Part shown: positions 56,823 to 64,000 of the stretch, piece after piece
Position numbering within the stretch: position 1 is the first letter of the stretch
Layout: each line of letters opens with the position of its first letter
Assembly: GCA_018819225.1 (NCBI GenBank)
Contig: JAHJQN010000003.1
Span: 128,001-192,000 of the forward strand
From: Candidatus Micrarchaeota archaeon
GTDB taxonomy: Archaea > Micrarchaeota > Micrarchaeia > Norongarragalinales > SBBD01
Reading direction: 5' to 3'
DNA length: 64,000 nt
The notes under the pieces: model-generated
Seen by the model: the letters and a program-made list of their open reading frames with translations, nothing else
What the model was told of the DNA's origin: nothing
The model's database searches: none
Position numbers and translations under genes: made by a program

Positions 56823-56897
56823 ACCGTTCCCCTTAGCGAATTAGCATCCAAGCGTTAAAAATACGGTTGGAAGGAAGGCGTACAGCTCGTTTGAAAG

Positions 56898-56950
56898 ACT
56901 TTTTTAGCAAGAATGCGAGTTTTTTAGCAGAAACCTAGTTCTTTAGCAAA
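56898..56950 (+). repeat. Three phased direct repeats (A(C/G)TT(T/C)TTTAGCA, ~20-nt period)
   Basis: TTTAGCA at 56903, 56923 and 56942, upstream of TATAAAA at 56971. Confidence 0.6.
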
Positions 56951-57027
56951 GCCCAGCAAGAGCATATCAATATAAAACCCAAACTAGTTAGGTGTGTTGG
57001 TTGTACCCTTAGGTAGGATTGCTTCAA

Positions 57028-57234
57028 ATGGAGTCGCTTAGAACGCGGTTCTTGAAAACGTACGTATCAGTTCCCCTCAGTTATAGGGACGAAATTATCG
57101 CTATTGTTCAAATCAATGGGAAAGACCGCCCAGTATCGTGGGCTGCGGCGTACATAGAAGTACTCAATTCTACGCAACAGGGTAAGGAAATCCTTAAAAG
57201 AATGAACGAACTGAATTTACTAGGAGGTGATTAA
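57028..57234 (+). CDS. Small hypothetical protein, gene 1 of the caspase-like operon
   Basis: 68 aa, RFLKTYVSVPLSYRDEII...PVSWAAAYIEV...GKEIL. Confidence 0.7.
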   Translation: MESLRTRFLKTYVSVPLSYRDEIIAIVQINGKDRPVSWAAAYIEVLNSTQQGKEILKRMNELNLLGGD

Positions 57235-57235
57235 T

Positions 57236-57448
57236 ATGGCTGATGAGTACGCGAAAAAGTTAATCATCGAGCGCCTCAGAAATATGCCTCCAAATGTTTC
57301 AGTTTCTATAGGCGATAATGGGACATATAGCCGAAACGAGCTAATTGAACAAGTTCGAACGGGATCGGAAATTGGATTGGAAACAATCCATGTTGAGCTT
57401 GAGTTCATAAGACAATTACCACGCTTAGCAAAACGAGTGCAGGGTTAA
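57236..57448 (+). CDS. Small hypothetical protein, gene 2 of the caspase-like operon
   Basis: Perfect SD GGAGGTGA; LIIERL..MP..VSIG...ELIEQV..GSEIG. Confidence 0.75.
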   Translation: MADEYAKKLIIERLRNMPPNVSVSIGDNGTYSRNELIEQVRTGSEIGLETIHVELEFIRQLPRLAKRVQG

Positions 57449-58086
57449 TGAAAACGTTTCTTATAACTCGGCCTAGGCATGACCCAGGCCTCCACATTCT
57501 TCATGCTTGGTCTGAAAACGTTATAACTGAAGCGATAGCGCATGGTTGGAACGTTCGCAAGGCAGATGATAAACATGCGAATAAAAAAGAAGTGCAGTCT
57601 CGATTAGCTAAAAAACCAGACTTCGTAATGTTCAACGGTCACGGCAGCGATGAATTAATTCAAGGACATAACAACGAGACGCTTGTCAACACCTCTTCGA
57701 GCAATCTTCTAAGGGGCACGATCGTATACGCACGAGCATGCAAATGCTTAAACCGCCTCGGAAGTGCGGCAATAAAAAATGACGGAAGAGCATTTATCGG
57801 CTACAAGGGAAAACTAATTGTTTGGAGCATAAATGAAGGTGCGGCTAAGCCCCTTCAGGATCCAGCAGTCGAGCCAGTGCTTACAGCTTCGAACCAAGTC
57901 CCTATAAGTATCCTTAAGGGAAATTCAGTTGAAGAAGCACTGAAAAAGTCAAAAAAGGTTGCTGAAAAAAAGATGCTTGAACTGCTTCAATCAAACGAAC
58001 CGTACAGCGCCCCTGCACTAAAGGGTTTGTTCAGTCACTATTTCTTGATTGACTTTGAAGGCGACTCTACCGCACGAGTATATTAA
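57448..58086 (+). CDS. Clan CD (caspase/gingipain-like) cysteine peptidase domain protein
   Basis: VMFNGHGS (His-Gly) and IVYARAC (Cys) dyad, then AFIGY; TAATG overlap with gene 2. Confidence 0.65.
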   Translation: MKTFLITRPRHDPGLHILHAWSENVITEAIAHGWNVRKADDKHANKKEVQSRLAKKPDFVMFNGHGSDELIQGHNNETLVNTSSSNLLRGTIVYARACKCLNRLGSAAIKNDGRAFIGYKGKLIVWSINEGAAKPLQDPAVEPVLTASNQVPISILKGNSVEEALKKSKKVAEKKMLELLQSNEPYSAPALKGLFSHYFLIDFEGDSTARVY

Positions 58087-58302
58087 ACGCGGCTCTATTT
58101 CGGGAATAGGTAGTAAGCCCACCGAATATAGAGTCAACCCCGCCAAGCCGCCCACCGTTACCAACCGTGCCCACCGAAGGAAACCTACCGCGGTTGGCCG
58201 TCTTGTTCGTCGAAAACCGAATTTATGGTCAACCAATCGAATATGCGGGCAGAAGGTATTTTGTAGGCAAAGCCCCCCTGTCCAGCCTTGCACCTTAAAT
58301 AG

Positions 58303-59520
58303 TCATTTTATGTGTAGGAGTGGCAATTTATGTGCAACGTCATTTAGGTCAATGGGAATCTTGTTCTCCTTAGCTTCGTGCACCAGAACGACCAAGTTGT
58401 GGCATAGAACTTTGGCTAAGGCCTCGTTGACCTGCGCCTGCTCGTTCCTGGAGAAGAGCCTGTTGTCGAACTTGCGTTTGAGCATGCTGAAGGTAGATTC
58501 GACGTTGCTTCGGCAGTGGTAGGCCTGCATGAATGCCTCGTTGTTGTATCTGAAGTAGTGGTACATCTTCCGCCAAGCCTGGCTAGAGAGCTTCTTGCCG
58601 GTGCTGTTGGATTTGAATGGGATGAATGGCACGACGCCCATATCCCATGCAGACTGGAGGTTCTTTCGAGAGCTATATCCTTTGTCGGCGACAACAGATT
58701 CTACGCGGAAGCCTTCAGTAGTCTCCTGGAGTAAATGCGGGAACTCCGGAGAATCACTCGAAGTTCCATCCGTGACGTTGATTGAGGTTACGATGTTTGT
58801 CTTTACCCCGCAGGCGATGTGAACCTTGATCCAATCCTTGACTCTCCGGTCTTGGTTAAAGCGGTAGTCAAACCAGCGGGAATAGAAAGCTGAAGAAAGG
58901 CCAGAGGCGTCGATGGCTATCGTATCTTCCAAACCAGCCAATGGCAAGGCTGAAATCCTAATCAAGGCTTTGAGAATCGGGGTTAGCTCGGGCTTGTTGA
59001 AGTACTTGAGAACGGTATTGAAATGGGGGGTCTTGCTCAAGTATCCTCTGCGTCTGGCGATTTCCAAGTCTGAATGAGCCCGTCTGGAAGAAAGACATTC
59101 GTATACCTTAGTAGTACAGGCAAAAAGCATTTCCCGAAGGTTTGAGGATGGTCTTCCCCGTTTGCAATCCCGCTTGTCAGGAACAAGCGAGGTAATATCC
59201 TCTAAAAATTCAAGGAAAAGGAGCTTTTCTTCAGTTTGAGCTGCATTGTAAGCAGGCCAGTCTTGAGGAAAAGTCGTGCGTTCGGGCGATGGCTCCTTTG
59301 ACTCAAAAAGCGTGTCCAACAACTCCTCTGGCGGGCTTTGAACGCCGACAAACGCGCCCAAGGTTTGTTTCGCAGCGATTCTCTCTTCAGGGGATATTGA
59401 GAATCTCCGTTTACATGACCCGCAATGATATGACTTGACTTTTCTTCCCCCATCAGACCAAACTCCGATTTGAATTGTCTTAATTGAACCGCAATACTTG
59501 CAGAATGGTGTTTCTTCCAC
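58303..59520 (-). CDS. DDE transposase (IS4/IS5 superfamily) with N-terminal Zn ribbon
   Basis: CKYC...CGSC; AIDASG, ADKGY, YHCRSNVESTFSMLK (YREK-type motif). Confidence 0.88.
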   Translation of the reverse strand: MEETPFCKYCGSIKTIQIGVWSDGGRKVKSYHCGSCKRRFSISPEERIAAKQTLGAFVGVQSPPEELLDTLFESKEPSPERTTFPQDWPAYNAAQTEEKLLFLEFLEDITSLVPDKRDCKRGRPSSNLREMLFACTTKVYECLSSRRAHSDLEIARRRGYLSKTPHFNTVLKYFNKPELTPILKALIRISALPLAGLEDTIAIDASGLSSAFYSRWFDYRFNQDRRVKDWIKVHIACGVKTNIVTSINVTDGTSSDSPEFPHLLQETTEGFRVESVVADKGYSSRKNLQSAWDMGVVPFIPFKSNSTGKKLSSQAWRKMYHYFRYNNEAFMQAYHCRSNVESTFSMLKRKFDNRLFSRNEQAQVNEALAKVLCHNLVVLVHEAKENKIPIDLNDVAHKLPLLHIK

Positions 59521-59599
59521 AATATCTACCCCACATAACTACATACCTATATTTGTAGGATAGATATATTTTTAAATAGATATCATCTCATGTAGATAC

Positions 59600-59758
59600 A
59601 TGGGCATAATGAACCAGAGAATTGATGACGAGCTGGACCAGCGCTTCAGGGAAGAGGTCGCCAAGAGGTATGGATGGAAGAAAGGGAACTTGAAGAAAGC
59701 GCTTGAAGAAGCTATTAATGCGTGGGTAGGCCAGAAAGAGAAAGCCATGAGAAAATAG
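59600..59758 (+). CDS. 52-aa ribbon-helix-helix protein divergent from the transposase
   Basis: Translated by hand: MGIMNQRIDDELDQRFREEVAKRYGWKKGNLKKALEEAINAWV... Confidence 0.7.
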   Translation: MGIMNQRIDDELDQRFREEVAKRYGWKKGNLKKALEEAINAWVGQKEKAMRK

Positions 59759-61309
59759 TTACGACTTCTTGCGAAGAATCATTGTTAGATTATCCAATAA
59801 GTCAACGTCCCGCGTAATCTCGTCATACTTGGTTTTGAACTCTTCGACCGTAGATGCGGATTCTATCGCAATTAATACGGCTGTGGCCTTGAAAATATGA
59901 TAAACAAGGCCTGGAAGCCTCGCTTGGCTATGGGCAAACGCATATGAAGGATTAAGGGAATTAATGAGTAATACTTTTTTCCGTGAATCAAAAACAACCT
60001 CTGGCTCAAGCACGCTCAGTGGTTTTACTTCAATCTCAATTTTACCGCTTCTTATAAGCGTGGCTAGATTTGATTTTTGTTCATCCCTGCGAATAACGCT
60101 CTGCGAAGAAATCGTTATATCACGACGAGATGGTGTTCTTTGGGATTTTGCTGGACGAATTGGGTCGAGATGTGATGATGTTTGAAAAGCCTGGGTTACT
60201 CCAACGGGAATTGTCTTTGATATGAGTTCTTCCTTAACGCCTTCCCAGACAATATACTCTTTTTTCAACAAGGATACGATTCTTCGTTTTAACCACTCGA
60301 CAAATGCCATATAGGCCGGGTGGGTTAGGATGAACCCTGCCCGGTTCGTTTGGAGTGCATCGTTCAGGCCATCGGCATTTAAGGAGACGTGTATCTTGTT
60401 GTACAACATCCGAGGATGAGTGAAAGTCGCAAAATTTATTACTCCGGTAACGCTATCGACATTAACCAACCTGCCGTAAATTCTTATGTTGACGCCATAG
60501 CTCTTTGGCTCTTCTTTATTGAAAAAAACTATTTTTCCCGTTACTGGACCGACTTCGGGAACATCCTCGTCAATTGGATAGGTATTTCTTATCCTTCCGA
60601 CGATATCTTCCGGTTTTACTTCAATTTCCCCTTGAACACCAGTTCCGCTTAGTACTATCCTAAACCCATCAATCAATGGCATTGTCTTTACGAGGCGCCG
60701 TTTAACTGCGAGAACATCAATCCCCTTCAACGCGTCCTTGTTTAAGTCGAGAAGGGTTATTGTGGTTCCGCTACCGCTTTTATCGGTCTTTTCAGAAATA
60801 ACATGTAACTTGAACTTGTCGACGAACTCGGATTTATCAAACTCTTCAAAGTTGAAAGACGCAGATGAGACGATCCCATTCTTCCAGGTGGAAATGTTAA
60901 ATTTCTTGCAAACCTGATAGAGCGATATTTTTCCTATCCCAAATTTCCCAATGATATAGCGCTTAACACCTTTGAATGAACGAATTTTCCGGTTGTCTTT
61001 TTCAGTATGGGAAATGTAGAAGAAATGGACTAATCCATCCGGCGTCATTCCCTCGCCATCGTCTTCAATAGAAATCGTATCATCTTCAAGGCGAATCCGC
61101 ACTACGCTAGCCAGTGCATCACTTGCATTAGAAACTAACTCGTCAAAGATAATCAGAGGGTTCGGGTAAAACGTCGTACTTAGTTGTTTAATGATACGAG
61201 TCCCGACTCGGATATCGTGGTCTCCTTCTCCGATCCCGATGTTATTTTCGAAGTCGACGTTCACCCTTTTTCCAGGAACTGGCATAAGCTTTTTAACCCG
61301 AATTTCCAT
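59759..61309 (-). CDS. GHKL (MORC-like, HATPase_c_3) ATPase
   Basis: ELVSNASDA, EDDGEGM, GKFGIGKIS, GTTITL. Confidence 0.85.
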   Translation of the reverse strand: MEIRVKKLMPVPGKRVNVDFENNIGIGEGDHDIRVGTRIIKQLSTTFYPNPLIIFDELVSNASDALASVVRIRLEDDTISIEDDGEGMTPDGLVHFFYISHTEKDNRKIRSFKGVKRYIIGKFGIGKISLYQVCKKFNISTWKNGIVSSASFNFEEFDKSEFVDKFKLHVISEKTDKSGSGTTITLLDLNKDALKGIDVLAVKRRLVKTMPLIDGFRIVLSGTGVQGEIEVKPEDIVGRIRNTYPIDEDVPEVGPVTGKIVFFNKEEPKSYGVNIRIYGRLVNVDSVTGVINFATFTHPRMLYNKIHVSLNADGLNDALQTNRAGFILTHPAYMAFVEWLKRRIVSLLKKEYIVWEGVKEELISKTIPVGVTQAFQTSSHLDPIRPAKSQRTPSRRDITISSQSVIRRDEQKSNLATLIRSGKIEIEVKPLSVLEPEVVFDSRKKVLLINSLNPSYAFAHSQARLPGLVYHIFKATAVLIAIESASTVEEFKTKYDEITRDVDLLDNLTMILRKKS

Positions 61310-61582
61310 AGAATAGTAAAGGACGGTTGGGCCCTCTCAGCTCATTATCTGTTCATCGGGCCACGGAGCTGTTGCCGCTTCCTTTGGGGTTGCGGCGAAC
61401 CTACCGTGTTTCCCAATCCTCCCGCCCTTCGGTTCCCCGGTCGTTTGACAGCCCCGGGAAACATATCAACTCCACGAGTCTTCGTGAACCGCCCCAAAAA
61501 CCAGGAAAGCCTGGCAATGCAGGAGTGCGCTTTTCAAGTATATAAGCTTATGGGTCGAATCCTGGCAAGCGACGAAGCAGTC

Positions 61583-62644
61583 TTAGCCGATTGCCGTAAA
61601 AATGGCCTTTCCGACAGCATTCATTAGGCGAGGAGGGACTGCGTTTCCGACTTGGGTGTATTGTGGGCAGCTTTCCTTGCGGTGTGGGCCACCAGTCGTC
61701 CGCGGTCCAAGGAATCGGAAGGAATCTGGGAATGACTGGAGTCTCGCCATCTCCCGTACCGAAAGGATTCTCGGTTGCGAGTAATGGATGAAATCATCTG
61801 GCAGCGTAGTCATCGTGGGGGCAGGCTGTGATCCATTCAGCCTTATCGTGTACAGTTTCTTTGTTCCTGCCCATGCATCAACCCCCCGCAGGGTTGCTCC
61901 TTCTTCCACCATCGAGAAACGCCTCTTTACCAAGGAGGAATGGTGGGAAGTCAGGTGGTTATGAAGTATCCGCTGGCCCTTACGCATAATTCGCTGGTAC
62001 TGGGTCCTCGCGGGGAATAGGTACTCGGTGGCTGACGAGCCTTGCTGCAAGAAGCTCAAATCGCTTATTGCTTCGCTCACGGTTACAGTATCGGATTCTG
62101 GAACCTTAAATTCAGCTAAGTCGATTTCAGCATCAAGAGCGCCCAGTAGAAAAAGTCTTTTTCGTCGCTGTGGTACGCCATGATTTGCCGCATCGAAGAC
62201 CCGCTCGGATACGGCGTATCCAGCCTTCTTCAGCCCCCGTCTGATTGATTCAACGAAAAAGCCATGGTCCATTGTCAGGAGGCCGGTAACGTTTTCAATA
62301 AGGATTAGCGGTGGCTTCAGTTCTCGCGCCAACCTGAGGACTTCCTTGAAGAGGTAGTTCCGAGTATCGTTGGAAGCTCGGCGACCGGCAGTCGAGAATC
62401 CCTGGCAAGGTAGACCAGCGAAGATGAGGTCAGGAACTTCCCCGGCGATAGATTTGATTTCCGAACCCGATAGTTTGCGGATATCTTTTTGGATCAGGGG
62501 GGTACTTGAGTGGTTTGAGGAGTAGGTCCACGCGGCTTGAGGATTCAACTCATTCGCAGCGATAACCCGGAAACCAGCTAGTCTTAAGCCTTCTGAGGCA
62601 CCACCTGCCCCCGCAAAAAGGTCAACTGCGGTAAGGTTACCCAT
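61583..62644 (-). CDS. dcm: DNA cytosine-5 methyltransferase
   Basis: DLFAGAGG, GLPCQGFS, ENV, PQRRKR, REMARLQSFPD, GNAVPP; start placed at MGNLTAV. Confidence 0.93.
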   Translation of the reverse strand: MGNLTAVDLFAGAGGASEGLRLAGFRVIAANELNPQAAWTYSSNHSSTPLIQKDIRKLSGSEIKSIAGEVPDLIFAGLPCQGFSTAGRRASNDTRNYLFKEVLRLARELKPPLILIENVTGLLTMDHGFFVESIRRGLKKAGYAVSERVFDAANHGVPQRRKRLFLLGALDAEIDLAEFKVPESDTVTVSEAISDLSFLQQGSSATEYLFPARTQYQRIMRKGQRILHNHLTSHHSSLVKRRFSMVEEGATLRGVDAWAGTKKLYTIRLNGSQPAPTMTTLPDDFIHYSQPRILSVREMARLQSFPDSFRFLGPRTTGGPHRKESCPQYTQVGNAVPPRLMNAVGKAIFTAIG

Positions 62645-62795
62645 GCGAACGAGGCCTCTTGTATTTTTTCCACTTAGAAAACGCAAGGATAAGATCCTTA
62701 ATAGCCTTCTCCTTACTAGGTGCGCCCGCATCTGCCTTGAACCGCGAAACGATCCAATTCTCCTCCTCCGAGAGGGAGACATTAATCCCGGGCAT
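62637..62795 (-). CDS. 52-aa ribbon-helix-helix-like protein upstream of the methyltransferase
   Basis: Translated by hand: MPGINVSLSEEENWIVSRFKADAGAPSKEKAIKDLI...; overlaps the MTase start. Confidence 0.6.
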   Translation of the reverse strand: MPGINVSLSEEENWIVSRFKADAGAPSKEKAIKDLILAFSKWKKYKRPRSHG

Positions 62796-62833
62796 AAATC
62801 CCACTACTAATTATAACAAAATGATATATATAG

Positions 62834-63250
62834 TCATAATTTATAATACCTCGTATTCAAAGCCCGGCTTATCTTCTTCAATGATTTCAGGGGAGTTGCA
62901 GTTATCTCGTGCTCCCAGATGCGAATTACTCGCCAACCCATTTTCCTTAAGGCCAACCGTTGCTTCTTATCCCTGCGTATATTCACCTCTAGCTTGTTTC
63001 TCCAGAAGGACGAAAGCGCCTTACGTCGTTGCAGGTAGTGCCAGCCGTGCCAGAAATCACCGTCAATGAACACCGCTAGCCTCTTGGCTTTGATAACAAT
63101 GTCGGGATGTCCAGGGAGCTCGGAGTAGATTGAGAACTTAATCCCGGACGAACGCAACAGTTTCCGCATTACCTTCTCTGGTTTTGTATGCTTGCCCTTG
63201 ATACTAGACATTATCCTACTGCGCGTCCGTCGGTCGAAAATATCGACCAT
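62834..63250 (-). CDS. vsr: Very-short-patch repair endonuclease
   Basis: RSRIMSSIKGKHTKPE, PDIV, FIDGDFWHG, IWEHE. Confidence 0.93.
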   Translation of the reverse strand: MVDIFDRRTRSRIMSSIKGKHTKPEKVMRKLLRSSGIKFSIYSELPGHPDIVIKAKRLAVFIDGDFWHGWHYLQRRKALSSFWRNKLEVNIRRDKKQRLALRKMGWRVIRIWEHEITATPLKSLKKISRALNTRYYKL

Positions 63251-63324
63251 GAACGCTAGAAGTGGTTTGGCTTAATTAAACCGGTTGAAAATCCTTTTAA
63301 GTAGGTCGCGTGCGTACACCTAGT

Positions 63325-63804
63325 ATGCGAGTAAAAACCTATTTGCGCAAGGGAGCGGGTAATAAGAAATTCGTTACAATCGTTAAGACGATAACCGATG
63401 CACTTGGTAATATTGACGGTTCAACCCGAATCAAGGAGGCGCTTCTTGAGGAACTTACAAAAAACAGGTCCAACCTTGGTGCTGCATGGCAAGACGGGGA
63501 CCAGTTATTGAACATCCTTGGCAAGAATTCAGACCACCGCTTCGATATCTATAATTGGGAGACTAAGACCGCTATCGAGGTTGAGGAAAGTGAAGTCAAG
63601 TACGTTTGTAAGGACTTTGTCAAATTGGCGATTGGTGCAAGGCGCGGGCGGGTTGCCAACGCAATGCTAGTTTGCCCAATTGCATATGGGGGCAAGACAC
63701 TCAAGCGACCGGTGGCGATATATACAAATGCCGTATCAATTTCGCACTTCATGTCCGACTTCTTATGGATGAAGAATCTAGCCATAATCGGCTATGAGAA
63801 GTAG
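63325..63804 (+). CDS. PD-(D/E)xK-fold nuclease, putative restriction endonuclease
   Basis: RFDIY...TAIEVE...DFVKL pattern; adjacent to vsr and dcm. Confidence 0.55.
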   Translation: MRVKTYLRKGAGNKKFVTIVKTITDALGNIDGSTRIKEALLEELTKNRSNLGAAWQDGDQLLNILGKNSDHRFDIYNWETKTAIEVEESEVKYVCKDFVKLAIGARRGRVANAMLVCPIAYGGKTLKRPVAIYTNAVSISHFMSDFLWMKNLAIIGYEK

Positions 63805-64000
63805 ACTCATAACCACTCCAAGCGCCCCGGCTACCCTCACTACCCGATTTTGTGTGCAGCCCATCGATTAAATGTGCAACAGCCAGTATATGTGCAAAGC
63901 CCCCCCTCCCCAAAGATTTAAATACTTGTAACTGTACAGTAGTAACACGTTCCGGTGTAATAGTGTGTGGATGGCTAGCAAATTCCGCCAGCAGGAGGAC

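Larger units (their letters stand above)
58267..63905. mobile_element. Putative ~5.6-kb cargo-carrying DDE element bounded by the direct repeat GCAAAGCCCCCC
   Basis: 12-bp repeat at 58267-58278 and 63894-63905; TGTG(C/T)A motifs spaced 18-20 nt at both ends; contains transposase plus R-M genes. Confidence 0.6.

Noticed and set aside
62645-62782. Arg-rich N-terminal extension of the methyltransferase
   Set aside because: Better explained by a separate RHH-like gene in another frame (62637-62795).
63951-64000. Possible 5' part of a tRNA or other RNA gene after the TATA box at 63917
   Set aside because: TCCGGTG-TA resembles an acceptor strand, but the window ends before any cloverleaf can be tested.

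Overview
A gene-dense archaeal chromosomal segment, probably DPANN (Micrarchaeota-like); the taxonomy is an inference from gene content. Housekeeping genes include rad50 (3' end), deoxyhypusine synthase, Sec61beta, archaeal adenylate kinase, the rpoE'-spt4-rps24e-rps27ae operon, H+-PPase, PINA ATPase, a beta-CASP RNase, a bacterial-type GAPDH, and three tRNAs (Leu-CAG; Glu-CTC with a T-loop intron; Lys-TTT with two introns). There are one strong and one weaker C/D-box guide RNA. Envelope genes include three PMT/ArnT-like glycosyltransferases, a GT2, PMM and four class III signal-peptide lectin-like proteins. From about 56.2 kb the sequence is visibly AT-richer and accessory: an RNase H-like exonuclease, a three-gene operon ending in a caspase/gingipain-like protease, and a DDE-transposase element bounded by a 12-bp direct repeat carrying a GHKL ATPase, a C5-methyltransferase, Vsr and a PD-(D/E)xK nuclease. 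The best leads are: (1) a dispersed ~30-bp hairpin element (...CTTTCT-N5-AGAAAGGTCG) found at five loci, each time between two copies of a host gene end or promoter; (2) four phospho-histidine swivel-domain proteins without ATP-grasp or PEP-binding domains, two directly behind paralogous HTH_10 regulators with a shared CCG-N8-CGG palindrome; (3) a membrane-tethered ArsR with a visible operator at three sites, two genes from a rhomboid protease; (4) an unassigned ~320-nt structured RNA candidate with a 13-codon micro-ORF; (5) the caspase-like operon. No CRISPR array was seen. Family calls come from motifs read by eye; no database search was run.
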